Below are positions 8,994 through 18,922 of a stretch of 64,000 nucleotides of DNA, one piece after another. Made by a program: the position numbers and the translations under genes. Position 1 is the stretch's first letter. Every line of letters begins with the position of its first letter. Origin of the DNA: an uncultured Planctomycetaceae bacterium. Lineage in GTDB: Bacteria > Planctomycetota > MHYJ01 > CAZWFP01. The stretch spans positions 942 through 64,941 of the forward strand of contig CAZWFP010000001.1 in assembly GCA_964633175.1 (NCBI GenBank), written 5' to 3'. The notes under the pieces were generated by a model that searched no databases, had not been told where the DNA came from, and saw nothing but the letters and a program-made list of their open reading frames with translations.

Positions 8994-10418
8994 ATGAGTT
9001 TTAAAAGTAAAGTTTTGTTAGTGCTGAGCGCATTGGTATTGGTTTTAAACGTATATGCCGATGTAAAGACAGGTGGTGAAAAATCCAGCGCAGCATCCAT
9101 CACAGTATCAGGTGGTGTTGATACCGGTGTATGGGGATGGAGTAAAGAAGTTACTAGGGTAATTGGTATTGGTAACCCAGACCCAAAGGATGCTGATATC
9201 CTGTTTTGGGGTAGAGCATATCTCAACTTAGAGGCGAACATAGCCGATAATGTAAAGGCAAAAGTTCAATTAACAAATAGGAACTTTAACTTTATTATAC
9301 CTGACCCGGCTAACGAGGAGTCGGGTTTATTGGCGTATAACAACACTTTCTTTGGTGACGACAATACATTAAATGTTTCTTTTGATGAGGCATATGTGAG
9401 CGCACATGAATTCTTATCAGAATATTTCTCATTCAGTTTAGGTTTTCAGAATTTAGCATATTCGCTAAGAGGTGATGGTAACTATTTCTTATTAAACCTT
9501 AAGAGATCAAACACGGCATTCGTAACAAGCCCTCAATTAATCAGCGGTGAACCGACTCCTAGAGGTTGGGCTTTTGCGCCGGGCGGTTTGAAACTTATAT
9601 TTGGTAAAAATGATTCCCCATGGAAGTTAGACCTATTTTATTTTGTCCAAAGTTTTGACAGTTCTGGAAAAGGTATAGGTAACTTTGGTGATAGAACAGA
9701 TGAAAACGTTGCTGGTGCAGTATTTGACTATAACTTTGGTGAAAAGAACCTTGTTACATTAGGTGTGGTTGGATTTGGCAGCGCTCAATGGTCGTCTAAT
9801 GTTTGGGCTTTCGGAGGCGGTGTTGACTATTTCTGGAAAGTCGGCGGAGGTGAATTAGAACTATACGGAGAAGGTTATTTTGAAACAGGCGATTTTACCG
9901 CAACTATAGATCAAAAAAGCACGTTCGGTGGTTTTGTCGGTGGAAGATTTACTTTTGCCGGCAATCTGAGCCCATACATAGATTTATCTTTCTGGTATCT
10001 CACCGGTGATAATGGCTCTGTTGCTACAAAAAATGAGGACTTTGTATCTCATAGATATCTTGGCAACAGCTCATTATTATTAGAGAATAATTTCTATGGT
10101 TTTGATGTAAAGTCAAATTACTGGGCAATAAAAGCAGAAGCAGGTTTAAAAGCTAATTTGAGAAGGGAAAAGGATTTCTCAGCAAGCGTTTTATATGGTT
10201 TCTTTAAAGTCGTCGAAGAAGCAACAGGAGCCCCTGATGATTTAGGTTCAGAATTAGATGTGAGATTAGGATGGGATTACAACGATTCATTAAGTTTTGC
10301 GTTAGCAGGTGGTTTCTTGTTTGGTTCAGATGTTCTTGATGTCGTTCCTGGTTTGGCTGCAGGCGACGTTGGTGACACAGCAAATATAATTCTTTTTGAA
10401 ACAAGATTAAAATTCTAA
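8994..10418 (+). CDS. outer-membrane beta-barrel protein (putative porin)
   Basis: GGAGGTG SD 9 nt upstream. Signal peptide 'MSFKSKVLLVLSALVLVLNVYA'. G/Y/F-rich alternating pattern. C-terminal '...RLKF' aromatic terminus typical of OMPs. Confidence 0.6.
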   Translation: MSFKSKVLLVLSALVLVLNVYADVKTGGEKSSAASITVSGGVDTGVWGWSKEVTRVIGIGNPDPKDADILFWGRAYLNLEANIADNVKAKVQLTNRNFNFIIPDPANEESGLLAYNNTFFGDDNTLNVSFDEAYVSAHEFLSEYFSFSLGFQNLAYSLRGDGNYFLLNLKRSNTAFVTSPQLISGEPTPRGWAFAPGGLKLIFGKNDSPWKLDLFYFVQSFDSSGKGIGNFGDRTDENVAGAVFDYNFGEKNLVTLGVVGFGSAQWSSNVWAFGGGVDYFWKVGGGELELYGEGYFETGDFTATIDQKSTFGGFVGGRFTFAGNLSPYIDLSFWYLTGDNGSVATKNEDFVSHRYLGNSSLLLENNFYGFDVKSNYWAIKAEAGLKANLRREKDFSASVLYGFFKVVEEATGAPDDLGSELDVRLGWDYNDSLSFALAGGFLFGSDVLDVVPGLAAGDVGDTANIILFETRLKF

Positions 10419-10430
10419 TTTAGTTTTAAT

Positions 10431-10461
10431 GGGGAGGGTTTTTGTCCTCCCCATTTTTTTT
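10431..10461 (+). terminator. rho-independent terminator after the OMP gene
   Basis: GGGGAGG-GTTTTTGT-CCTCCCC hairpin followed by ATTTTTTTT. Confidence 0.8.
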
Positions 10462-10948
10462 ATATTTTTTTCAGGTTAAAATCTCTCATATTGTGGTTAA
10501 TTGGATACCAAAGTTTAATCTTTTCTTTTTGATTTTAACGGGATTACAGATATTAAATGGATTTAATATTATAGGTAATAGGATTATCCATGCACCGATA
10601 GGTGTTGTGGAACTTACGATATTACTTTTGGTTTTATCTTTTATCCCTTTTCATATCGTTGCGCTTTCTAAGGAAGCTACTAAGGTACTTGAGAAAAAAG
10701 AAAGATTTGCTAAATATAAGAGAATAGTTTCTAAGATAAAAAGAGCATCATTTTTTTACACTCTTATGGGCTTTTTATTTATTTTAAGCGTTATTTTATC
10801 AGGGGTAGGTGTTAGCACTAATATAAGCCATAAGTTTCTTCATACCTTATCTGTTATGATTTTTCCTGTTGTTATTATCTATGTATTCGCCAAACATTAT
10901 TATTTAGGGTTATTGCTTTATAAAATAGAGGAAAAAATCGCTTCTTAA
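10442..10948 (+). CDS. small multi-pass membrane protein (start uncertain)
   Basis: Hydrophobic 168-aa ORF. The called TTG start lies inside the terminator hairpin, so the real start is probably an internal GTG or TTG. Confidence 0.4.
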   Translation: MSSPFFLYFFQVKISHIVVNWIPKFNLFFLILTGLQILNGFNIIGNRIIHAPIGVVELTILLLVLSFIPFHIVALSKEATKVLEKKERFAKYKRIVSKIKRASFFYTLMGFLFILSVILSGVGVSTNISHKFLHTLSVMIFPVVIIYVFAKHYYLGLLLYKIEEKIAS

Positions 10949-12547
10949 ATGTTGAATAAGACAATTTTGCTGTATTTTGTATTCTGTATTTTCTATTCTT
11001 TCTTACATTCTCAGAGCAAAGATTATACTGGTTTATTCAAGGATACTACTTACAAGAACTACTGGTATAGATATAGCGCTCTGAAAGGATTATGTAAGGA
11101 GGTTGACAAGAACTATAAAACCATTTTATTGGCGTATGAGCATAAAGAGGTGCCAGTTTCTGAACTAGCGCTTGAGTGTTTAACTAAATTACAAAATAAA
11201 AAAAACATAGATGATTATATTAAAAAATATGTTGATGGTGAAAATGACTTAGGGAAACTGAAAAAGTCGCTTGCTGTTTTATCTAAACTATCAAAGGAGA
11301 AATTACTAAATATATTTAGAAATTCAAAAGATAAGAGTATTAAACTGGTTATTCTTGACTATTTATATAATGAGCAGCTCGAAGAGAGCGATTTAAAATT
11401 GATAAGTGACGAATATTCGAAAAATAATTCTAAAGATGTTAAATTGTCTATATTAAAAATTTTTGCCAAGTATGATTATATAAAAGAAGCGGACAAGTAT
11501 CTGAAGACACAGGATAAAAGTATCCGTATATATGGGTTGTATGGTTTATGTTCACAGGATAAAGAGCGGTGTGAGAATAAACTTTCTGAAGAAGTTTTTA
11601 GTAATCTTGCGAAGGACACTGAGTATTTTTGTCAACTCATTAGTATTGTAAAACGATACAAGGTTACGGGGGTATTGAGTAAATTATTGGATAGAATTGA
11701 TAAGATGGGTGAGTATATAAGGAAGAAGATGATTTTTTCAGCCCTGCCTATTTTGAGCGAAGGTGATTTTAAGGAGGTGGTATTGCATTACTGGAAGGAA
11801 CTCACCGTAAACTTTTTATCGTTATTAGTAAATGTTTATTCGCTCAAATTTAATGTTGAGTCGGAAAATTTAAGTTTAGAGGATATATATAAGAATCTAA
11901 GAAGCGATGATAACAAAGGTGAGTTTAAGACCAGTGGAATACCAACATTTTTCACAATGCCTGTATACGGTAAAAACATTGTATTTATTATAGATATGTC
12001 TGGTAGTATGGCAAGAAAGGTTAAAAGTCAAGTGTCAAAAGGCAAAAGTGATGATAAGACAAGGTTTGAAGTAGCAAGGGAGGAGTTGAGAAAGGTTCTT
12101 AATAAGTTAGGTGTTAATGTTAAATTTAACATTATTCTGATAAATAGTGATACTGATAAACTAGGCATAAGATTTTTTTCGAAGAATTTAGTAAGTGCTA
12201 ATAAGAATGAGATAAAGGAAGCGGTAGAATATTTGAATAAGGCTTGGGAGAAGTTACAGGAGGTAAAGCGCGGACGAACGGATATATATGATGCGCTGGA
12301 GATGGCTTTGAATATGTCCAATATTGATACCGTCGTGCTTTTAACTGATGGTAATCCTACCTGGGGTAAGTATACATTACCAGAGAATATAGTCAATAGT
12401 ATTAATAAACTGAATGAATGTAAATTTGTTAGTATAAATTCTGTTGCGGTTGACCCAACAAGGAAGGGTTTAGAATTTTTACGAAAATTATCTTTGAATA
12501 ATTTTGGTATTGCAAGAAGGGCAAGTTTTGATACTGAAAATGAATAA
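10949..12547 (+). CDS. HEAT-repeat / von Willebrand factor A domain protein with N-terminal hydrophobic signal
   Basis: N-terminal hydrophobic segment, HEAT/PBS-lyase-like repeats, then 'VFIIDMSGSM' MIDAS (DxSxS) motif of a vWA domain. The ATG directly abuts the upstream stop. Confidence 0.6.
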   Translation: MLNKTILLYFVFCIFYSFLHSQSKDYTGLFKDTTYKNYWYRYSALKGLCKEVDKNYKTILLAYEHKEVPVSELALECLTKLQNKKNIDDYIKKYVDGENDLGKLKKSLAVLSKLSKEKLLNIFRNSKDKSIKLVILDYLYNEQLEESDLKLISDEYSKNNSKDVKLSILKIFAKYDYIKEADKYLKTQDKSIRIYGLYGLCSQDKERCENKLSEEVFSNLAKDTEYFCQLISIVKRYKVTGVLSKLLDRIDKMGEYIRKKMIFSALPILSEGDFKEVVLHYWKELTVNFLSLLVNVYSLKFNVESENLSLEDIYKNLRSDDNKGEFKTSGIPTFFTMPVYGKNIVFIIDMSGSMARKVKSQVSKGKSDDKTRFEVAREELRKVLNKLGVNVKFNIILINSDTDKLGIRFFSKNLVSANKNEIKEAVEYLNKAWEKLQEVKRGRTDIYDALEMALNMSNIDTVVLLTDGNPTWGKYTLPENIVNSINKLNECKFVSINSVAVDPTRKGLEFLRKLSLNNFGIARRASFDTENE

Positions 12548-12639
12548 TAAAAACTATCTTCTGTTGCTTGTATGGAGAGGGTTAGGTGAAGGTGAATATT
12601 TGAAAATCAATTTTCTTGTAGTATAGTATAAAATCTTAA

Positions 12640-13551
12640 ATGGTGATTGGTATTATTGGATGTGGTAGAGTGGGGACCAGTTTTGCCAATGCTTTAAGTA
12701 GAAAACTACCAGGAGGGAAGGTTTTGTTGTGTAAAGGCATAAAGAGAAGTTCAAGGTCCCATCTTCAAGGTTATGATTTTTTGTCAAGTAGAGTGAGATT
12801 CGTAAATAATATTCGTATATTGGTCAAAAGCAGTGATATTGTGTTTGTAGCGGTTAAAGATGATAAGATAGAAGATGTTGTTAAGAAAATCGTTAATTTA
12901 AACGTTAAGATAGAAGGCAAATATTTTGTGCATTTTTCAGGCGTATTGGATTCTAGGATATTTTTACCCATAAGGAAAAAGTTTAATGTGAAAATTGCTT
13001 CACTTCATCCTGTGCAAAGTTTTCCATCTGTGAAATTGGGTATGGAACGGATAAAAAATATATACTGGGTTTTTGAAGGCGACGAGGATGCTTATCAATC
13101 GCTGGATAAATTAATAAAATTATTAGGGGGTAAAATCATTGTTTTGGATAAAGAATGGAAAGTATATCACCATATAATTTGTGTATTTTTTTCAAATTTT
13201 TTGGTGGGTTTATTTTATGTAGCAAAGGAGTTAATGAATGGTTTAAATGTGGATGAATTAGAATCGTTACGGAGTTGTGGTAATAGTGGTAAACTGAATT
13301 TAGAAATATATCTGCCATTGATAAAAGGGGTTATTAGCAATATTGAAGGTTTAGACCCCCATGAGGCGTTGACCGGTCCAATTGTAAGAGGCGATGTGCA
13401 TACTGTGAAGACCCACATAAAATATTTGCAAAAATATCCACAATTTCTACGCTATTATAAACAGTTTTCTGGCATATTACTTGATATGGTCAAAGATAGA
13501 GTAGATAAGGTAAAGTATATGTTAATGAAAAAGTTGATAACTAAAAACTAA
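12640..13551 (+). CDS. Rossmann-fold NAD(P)-binding protein, DUF2520-like
   Basis: 'MVIGIIGCGRVGTSFANAL' GxGxxG Rossmann N-terminus. C-terminal 'ALTGPIVRGDVHTV' resembles the DUF2520 C-terminal signature. Confidence 0.5.
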   Translation: MVIGIIGCGRVGTSFANALSRKLPGGKVLLCKGIKRSSRSHLQGYDFLSSRVRFVNNIRILVKSSDIVFVAVKDDKIEDVVKKIVNLNVKIEGKYFVHFSGVLDSRIFLPIRKKFNVKIASLHPVQSFPSVKLGMERIKNIYWVFEGDEDAYQSLDKLIKLLGGKIIVLDKEWKVYHHIICVFFSNFLVGLFYVAKELMNGLNVDELESLRSCGNSGKLNLEIYLPLIKGVISNIEGLDPHEALTGPIVRGDVHTVKTHIKYLQKYPQFLRYYKQFSGILLDMVKDRVDKVKYMLMKKLITKN

Positions 13552-13568
13552 TACCTACACTATTTTAA

Positions 13569-14087
13569 ATGAATATTGTTCTTGTCGGTTTTATGGGTGC
13601 GGGTAAAAGCACTATTGGTAAATTACTTTCTAAAGAGATAAAATGGAGGTTTTATGATTGCGACGAATTAATTATGCAGAAGATGGAACTATCGATAGAG
13701 GAGATAATAAAGTTATATGGAGAAGTAAAATTCAGGGTGGTTGAATCAGAGGTTCTATCCAAGCTTTTAAAGTTAGATGGCGTGATAATTGCGACAGGTG
13801 GTGGTGCAATAACAAGATATAGAAATGTGGAACTCATAAAAAAGAAAGGTATTGTTATATATTTATATGCCGATATATCAGTTTTACATAGTAGAATACA
13901 AAAAGACGAGACGAAAAGACCTTTGCTTTCCCAGAAGAATTACTTTAGTGAGATAATAAGATTGATTTCTATGCGGGAGGAGTTATATAAAAAGGTGGCT
14001 GATATAACGATTGATACATCGGAGAAATTACCTCAAGAGGTGGTGAATGAGATAAAGGTAAAACTAAAAGACAAAAGAATCGTGTAA
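13569..14087 (+). CDS. aroK: shikimate kinase
   Basis: 'NIVLVGFMGAGKSTIGKLL' P-loop and a 172-aa length typical of AroK. Confidence 0.8.
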   Translation: MNIVLVGFMGAGKSTIGKLLSKEIKWRFYDCDELIMQKMELSIEEIIKLYGEVKFRVVESEVLSKLLKLDGVIIATGGGAITRYRNVELIKKKGIVIYLYADISVLHSRIQKDETKRPLLSQKNYFSEIIRLISMREELYKKVADITIDTSEKLPQEVVNEIKVKLKDKRIV

Positions 14088-14103
14088 TTTTTCTAAAAGG
14101 TTT

Positions 14104-15618
14104 ATGATTTATGTGGCATTACTTTTAATCATCTCCTTTTTACTTATCTTGCTTAATGCATTTTTTGTGTTAGCGGAGTTTGCTATTGTTAAGGTAAGGG
14201 CGAGCGCAATAGAAGTATTAGTCAGCAGCGGTAGTAAAAAGGCAAAACTATTAAAACATATTCGCAAGCATATAGACGAATATCTTTCTGTTTGTCAGAT
14301 AGGTATTACTTTTGCAAGTATTGGATTAGGGTTTGTTGGGGAACTGTCCTTTGCGAAAATATTTTCTTATTTATTATCAAAGATTGGTATTGCAAGTTCT
14401 GTAATAAGTCATACTTTTGCTATCGGATTCGCGTATGTTCTGGTTTCATTTCTTCACATATTATTAGGTGAACTTGTGCCGAAATCTATTGCTATAAGGA
14501 AAGCAGAAGGTGTAGCATTGTTTAGTGCTTATTGGCTTCGTTTTTTTAAATTATTATTTTTTATTCCATTATTTATATTGAATAATTGCGCTAATGCTAT
14601 TTTACATTTGTGTGGAATATCTCAGCTGCGAGAGGTTGAATCCCTATCACAAGATGAAATAAAAGTCATTATGAAAAGTTCGTATAGCCACGGTGCAATG
14701 TCATTTTTGAGATTACTTCTGGTTGAAAATATTCTTGATTTATGGAAGTTGAAGGTAAAAGATGCTATGAAACCAAAGAATCTTGTTAAGACGCTTGATA
14801 CTTCATTAACTTATCAAGAAAATATTAACATTATAAAAGAGTCAAAATATTCGAGGTATCCTTTGATTGATGGTAATGTGTATATGCCATCTGGTGTTGT
14901 TCATATAAAAGATATAATATTAAACAGTATTGACAAACCTGACCAGCCCGATTTAAGAAGTATTGCAAGAAGTTTTACTACAACATACGTTGATGTTTCC
15001 TTGGAAAACTTGCTTATGCAGTTACAAAAATCCAGACAACATCTTGCTATAGTGGTTAATAAAAAAGGGCAATGGATAGGAATTATAACTTTAGAAGATA
15101 TTATAGAAGAGATAATAGGAACTGTTGAGGATGAATTTGAAAAGGACTCCTTACCTTCTTTATCTGAGATAATAAATATGGATAGGATTTTTTTAGATAT
15201 AGAATCCACTAATTTTCAGGATGCAATAAAAGAGATGCTTCTTTCTATTAAGACAGACGAAGCGCCTGTATCCAAAGAGAAAATTGTTTCCGCGGTTTTA
15301 CAGCATGAAAAAGCGGTTGAATCGTATGTAGGTAATAATCTGGCTATACCACATGCAAGAATTGATGGTTTAAAAAGACCTTGGCTAATATTTGGCAGAT
15401 CTAAGAGAGGTATTAACATCTACGGCAGAGATGAAAAGGTTCATTTTATTTTTATACTTTTGACACCACTTAGTTTACCATCCTATCAGCCGAAATTAAT
15501 TTCAAGGATTTATTCTCTTATGAGGAGTGAATATGTGTATGAACAACTTTACGAAGCAAGGACTCCTCAGGATGTTCTGAATACTATAAAGACCGCTGAC
15601 ACTGTTTCGATAAGTTGA
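14104..15618 (+). CDS. CNNM/CorC-family (DUF21 + CBS pair) transporter fused to a C-terminal PTS EIIA type-2 (EIIA-Ntr-like) domain
   Basis: N-terminal DUF21 TM region ('LLNAFFVLAEFAIVKVR'). CBS region. C-terminal 'NNLAIPHARIDGLKRPWLIFGRS' matches the AIPH phospho-His motif of EIIA-2. Confidence 0.65.
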   Translation: MIYVALLLIISFLLILLNAFFVLAEFAIVKVRASAIEVLVSSGSKKAKLLKHIRKHIDEYLSVCQIGITFASIGLGFVGELSFAKIFSYLLSKIGIASSVISHTFAIGFAYVLVSFLHILLGELVPKSIAIRKAEGVALFSAYWLRFFKLLFFIPLFILNNCANAILHLCGISQLREVESLSQDEIKVIMKSSYSHGAMSFLRLLLVENILDLWKLKVKDAMKPKNLVKTLDTSLTYQENINIIKESKYSRYPLIDGNVYMPSGVVHIKDIILNSIDKPDQPDLRSIARSFTTTYVDVSLENLLMQLQKSRQHLAIVVNKKGQWIGIITLEDIIEEIIGTVEDEFEKDSLPSLSEIINMDRIFLDIESTNFQDAIKEMLLSIKTDEAPVSKEKIVSAVLQHEKAVESYVGNNLAIPHARIDGLKRPWLIFGRSKRGINIYGRDEKVHFIFILLTPLSLPSYQPKLISRIYSLMRSEYVYEQLYEARTPQDVLNTIKTADTVSIS

Positions 15619-15620
15619 AA

Positions 15621-15629
15621 AGTGTATAA
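15621..15629 (+). promoter_or_regulatory. extended -10 element TGTATAAT, first of two AAGTGTATAATG copies
   Basis: AAGTGTATAATG occurs at 15619–15630 and again overlapping the next gene's start codon at about 15688–15699. Confidence 0.3.
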
Positions 15630-15698
15630 TGGACTAACAATAATTTTCAATAGGCAGGTAGCAAGAAATGTCAGATATCAATTTTTAATAAGTGTATA

Positions 15699-16859
15699 AT
15701 GAGTGCGAAAATTGTAAATGAGGTATTGCTTGTAGAATTTGTAAGGAATAATTTTGAGAAATTAAATCTTTCATCATCATTGTATAAGTCCGTTAAAATT
15801 ATAAGTATAGGGCAGCAAAATTTTACGGATGGCCCTGATTTTTTAGATGCAACTGTTTCTTTTGATGGCAAATTTGAAAAAGGAGATATTGAGATACACT
15901 TGAATTCTTCTTTCTGGTATCTCCATAATCACCATACAGACACAAGGTATAGTAAAACCCTCCTTAATATCTGTATAAAAGATGATTCAAAAGAAGGTTA
16001 TAATATGCATATAGATAAAATTATACCTATTGCCTGTGTTGATAAGGAACTATTCACTGAATATATGAAAAGGGAGATATTACATGTGCCTTATAAAAAT
16101 GTGGTGCCCAATGGTTTATGTCAGTCGTTTCATGAAAATAATATACCGGAAAAATTGTTACAAAAGTTTGGTATGGAAAGATTTTATACGAAAATTAGAA
16201 AATTCAATGGTCTTATAGTTAAATACGGTTTGGATGAAGCATTTTATATGTCGATTTTAGAAGCATTAGGATATGTTCATAATACGAAAGGATTTGTTAA
16301 ACTGGCTACTGATTTACCTATGAGTTATCTGAAAAAATTATGTAAAGAAAATAAAATTGCAACTTATGAAGATTTATATGACTTATATTTAAACGCTATT
16401 GGACATGTTAACTGGAATACTAAAGCCGTATATCCTGCTGCCAATCCTAAAAATCGGTTGAAAATGATTTCACCTTTTATTTTTTATATACTTTCGGAAA
16501 ATATACATAAACTTATCAAATTTATGTATGATCTTTATAATAGCAATAAATTAGAAGAATTTCTCAATAGATTTATAAAGAGTTCGTTCCTTATCAAAAA
16601 CATAACCTTTAATGTGATTTTACCGTATTGTAAAATTCTTGATGAGAGGTTTACAAATAAAGGTATATACGATTACAAGGTTTTGCCATTGAATTATATG
16701 AGTAAATATGCTATAACAAGAATGTTTAAAAAGGACACAAAATATAAATTAAAAAAGGAAATATACCAACAGGGATTGATATATTTATCAAAGAATTATT
16801 GCGCTCATGGCTTGAAAGGATGTGAATCGTGTCCACTCTATTTAGAATATACCTCTTAA
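15699..16859 (+). CDS. hypothetical protein, DUF2851-like
   Basis: 'DGPDFLDATVSF...GDIEIHLNSSFWYLHNHHTDTRY' resembles the conserved GPDF...VEIH...W..HGH block I recall for DUF2851. Confidence 0.4.
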   Translation: MSAKIVNEVLLVEFVRNNFEKLNLSSSLYKSVKIISIGQQNFTDGPDFLDATVSFDGKFEKGDIEIHLNSSFWYLHNHHTDTRYSKTLLNICIKDDSKEGYNMHIDKIIPIACVDKELFTEYMKREILHVPYKNVVPNGLCQSFHENNIPEKLLQKFGMERFYTKIRKFNGLIVKYGLDEAFYMSILEALGYVHNTKGFVKLATDLPMSYLKKLCKENKIATYEDLYDLYLNAIGHVNWNTKAVYPAANPKNRLKMISPFIFYILSENIHKLIKFMYDLYNSNKLEEFLNRFIKSSFLIKNITFNVILPYCKILDERFTNKGIYDYKVLPLNYMSKYAITRMFKKDTKYKLKKEIYQQGLIYLSKNYCAHGLKGCESCPLYLEYTS

Positions 16860-16874
16860 GGGATTAATACTTAC

Positions 16875-18083
16875 TTGGTTAATACATTTTTTGTTTTTGA
16901 AACTAAAAAGGTTGATAAGGCGTTTTCACGCTGGAATGCTTTTGGTGATAATTTGATGGATTTTTGTATAACAGATAATCTTACTGATTGGGAAAGTTTT
17001 GTAAATAAATATAAAAACTACCTAACTTTTGGGTTTATTTCATACGAACTCTTAGATTCTTTTGGTGGATTTAAATCGTTAAAAAGAAAAGAAAATGAAT
17101 TTCCACGTATATGGTGGGGTGTATTTAAAAATACTTGTTTATATGATAGAATAAGTAAGGCATATATATTTAATAGTAAAAAATCAAAGTCAGGGGTTTT
17201 ATCTCATTTTTACTATAAAGTGAATCATTGTGCGCCTCTGAGATTAGGAAATTTTGATGATAAATTCAAACTAATTGGCAATTTGAAGCCCAATATGTCT
17301 TATAGCGACTATATTAGCAATGTCAGGAAAATTAAAAAGTTTATAGAACAAGGTGATGTTTATCAAGTAAATCTCACATTTAGAATTGATGGGAAGTTTA
17401 GCGGGAATCCAAACAGATTATACGAACACCTGAATAACAAGATATGGATGCCTTACTCAATATTTTTTTCTTGCGATAAGTTTGCATTTTTGGTTTTGAG
17501 TCCTGAGTTACTATTGCTTAAAATTGGCAGTGAAATTTATACCAGACCTATAAAGGGCACGATACCAAATAAGAACAATAACGCTGAATATGCAAAAAAT
17601 TATTTCGCTCATAGTATAAAAGACAATAGGGAGCTGGATATGATTATAGATGTGGAAAGGAACGATTTTTATAAAATTTGCTATTTGGATAGCGTAAAAG
17701 TAATAGGGAAAACAGTAGAAACATTTCCAAACGTTCATCATCTTGTTGGGACAGTTAGAGGTATTTTGAAGAAAGGTGTAACTTTAAGTGAGGTAATAGA
17801 AAGCACTTTTCCAAGTGCTTCGGTTACAGGTGCACCTAAATTTTCTGCAATGAAGATAATAAATCAAATAGAACGACACAAAAGATTTATTTATACAGGA
17901 GGCATAGGTTTTCATTATAAGGATTTATTTGTATTACCTATGGGGTTACGTTGTATAGTTTTTAAAAATAATGATTTTCATATATATACCGGTTCAGGTA
18001 TAACTTATAAATCCAATCCACAAAAAGAACTAAAAGAGTGTATGGTTAAAGTAGATTTTTATAGGGATTTATTAACAAGTTGA
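16875..18083 (+). CDS. chorismate-binding enzyme (aminodeoxychorismate synthase component I / PabB-like)
   Basis: 'VYQVNLTFR', 'SVTGAPK', 'YTGGIGF' chorismate-utilising enzyme motifs. 402 aa. Confidence 0.65.
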   Translation: MVNTFFVFETKKVDKAFSRWNAFGDNLMDFCITDNLTDWESFVNKYKNYLTFGFISYELLDSFGGFKSLKRKENEFPRIWWGVFKNTCLYDRISKAYIFNSKKSKSGVLSHFYYKVNHCAPLRLGNFDDKFKLIGNLKPNMSYSDYISNVRKIKKFIEQGDVYQVNLTFRIDGKFSGNPNRLYEHLNNKIWMPYSIFFSCDKFAFLVLSPELLLLKIGSEIYTRPIKGTIPNKNNNAEYAKNYFAHSIKDNRELDMIIDVERNDFYKICYLDSVKVIGKTVETFPNVHHLVGTVRGILKKGVTLSEVIESTFPSASVTGAPKFSAMKIINQIERHKRFIYTGGIGFHYKDLFVLPMGLRCIVFKNNDFHIYTGSGITYKSNPQKELKECMVKVDFYRDLLTS

Positions 18084-18886
18084 CGCAGTATATAATAATT
18101 TGTTCTACTTCGTTTGGTGCCTCTTTATTGACATTTTTTTCTGGTTTTGGATTAGGCACGATATTAATGCCCGTTTTTGCTATATTTTTCCCTGTAGATA
18201 TTGCAATAGCAATGACAGCAGTAGTTCATTTTTTGAATAATTTGTTTAAGTTAACTCTTATAGGTAAGTTTGCTAATAAGAATGTCATAATGCAATTTGG
18301 CATACCTGCTATATTATCGGCATTTGTTGGTGCGCAGACACTGGTGTGGGTTTCTCATGTTCCAGCATTGTTGAGTTATAATATTATGGGTCATAGGTTT
18401 AGTGTTATGCCTGTGAAAGTATTGATTGCTATTCTGATGATATTTTTTGCTTTATTTGAGATAATTCCGGCGCTTCAAAATTTGTCGTTTGGAAGAAAAT
18501 ACTTATCAATAGGTGGCGTTTTAAGCGGTTTTTTTGGAGGGCTTTCAGGGCATCAAGGAGCATTGCGTAGCGCCTTTCTGATTAAGTGTAATTTGTCAAA
18601 AGAAAGTTTTATTGCCTCCGGCACCGCCATTGCCTGTATGGTCGATATAGCCAGAATGTTTATATACTTTTCCCATTTTATTCAAGGTGGGGACTATTCC
18701 ATTTCTAATTTGTTTAAACAGGATAGTAATGTTTTACTTCTCTTCTTAGCAGTGTTTTTTGCGTTTTGTGGAGCACTCTTGGGCAATATAGTGATAAAAA
18801 AGGTTACTATGAGATTTATCAAAATAATAGTATCAACTATATTATTTATTATTGCGTTAGGATTAGGTAGTGGGATACTTGATTGA
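18080..18886 (+). CDS. TSUP (TauE/SafE) family membrane transporter
   Basis: Two repeated Gly-rich 4-TM halves ('FFSGFGLGTILMP', 'FFGGLSGHQGALRS'). Start overlaps the upstream stop. Confidence 0.5.
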   Translation: MTQYIIICSTSFGASLLTFFSGFGLGTILMPVFAIFFPVDIAIAMTAVVHFLNNLFKLTLIGKFANKNVIMQFGIPAILSAFVGAQTLVWVSHVPALLSYNIMGHRFSVMPVKVLIAILMIFFALFEIIPALQNLSFGRKYLSIGGVLSGFFGGLSGHQGALRSAFLIKCNLSKESFIASGTAIACMVDIARMFIYFSHFIQGGDYSISNLFKQDSNVLLLFLAVFFAFCGALLGNIVIKKVTMRFIKIIVSTILFIIALGLGSGILD

Positions 18887-18922
18887 TTTTTTAATGATAG
18901 TTTAGATTTAGAATGAGACAAT

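Noticed and set aside
10946-10951. Possible selenocysteine read-through joining ORFs 10442–10948 and 10949–12547 (same frame, abutting), considered because selB is in the window
   Set aside because: The intervening stop is TAA, not TGA. The second ORF has its own ATG and a signal-like N-terminus.
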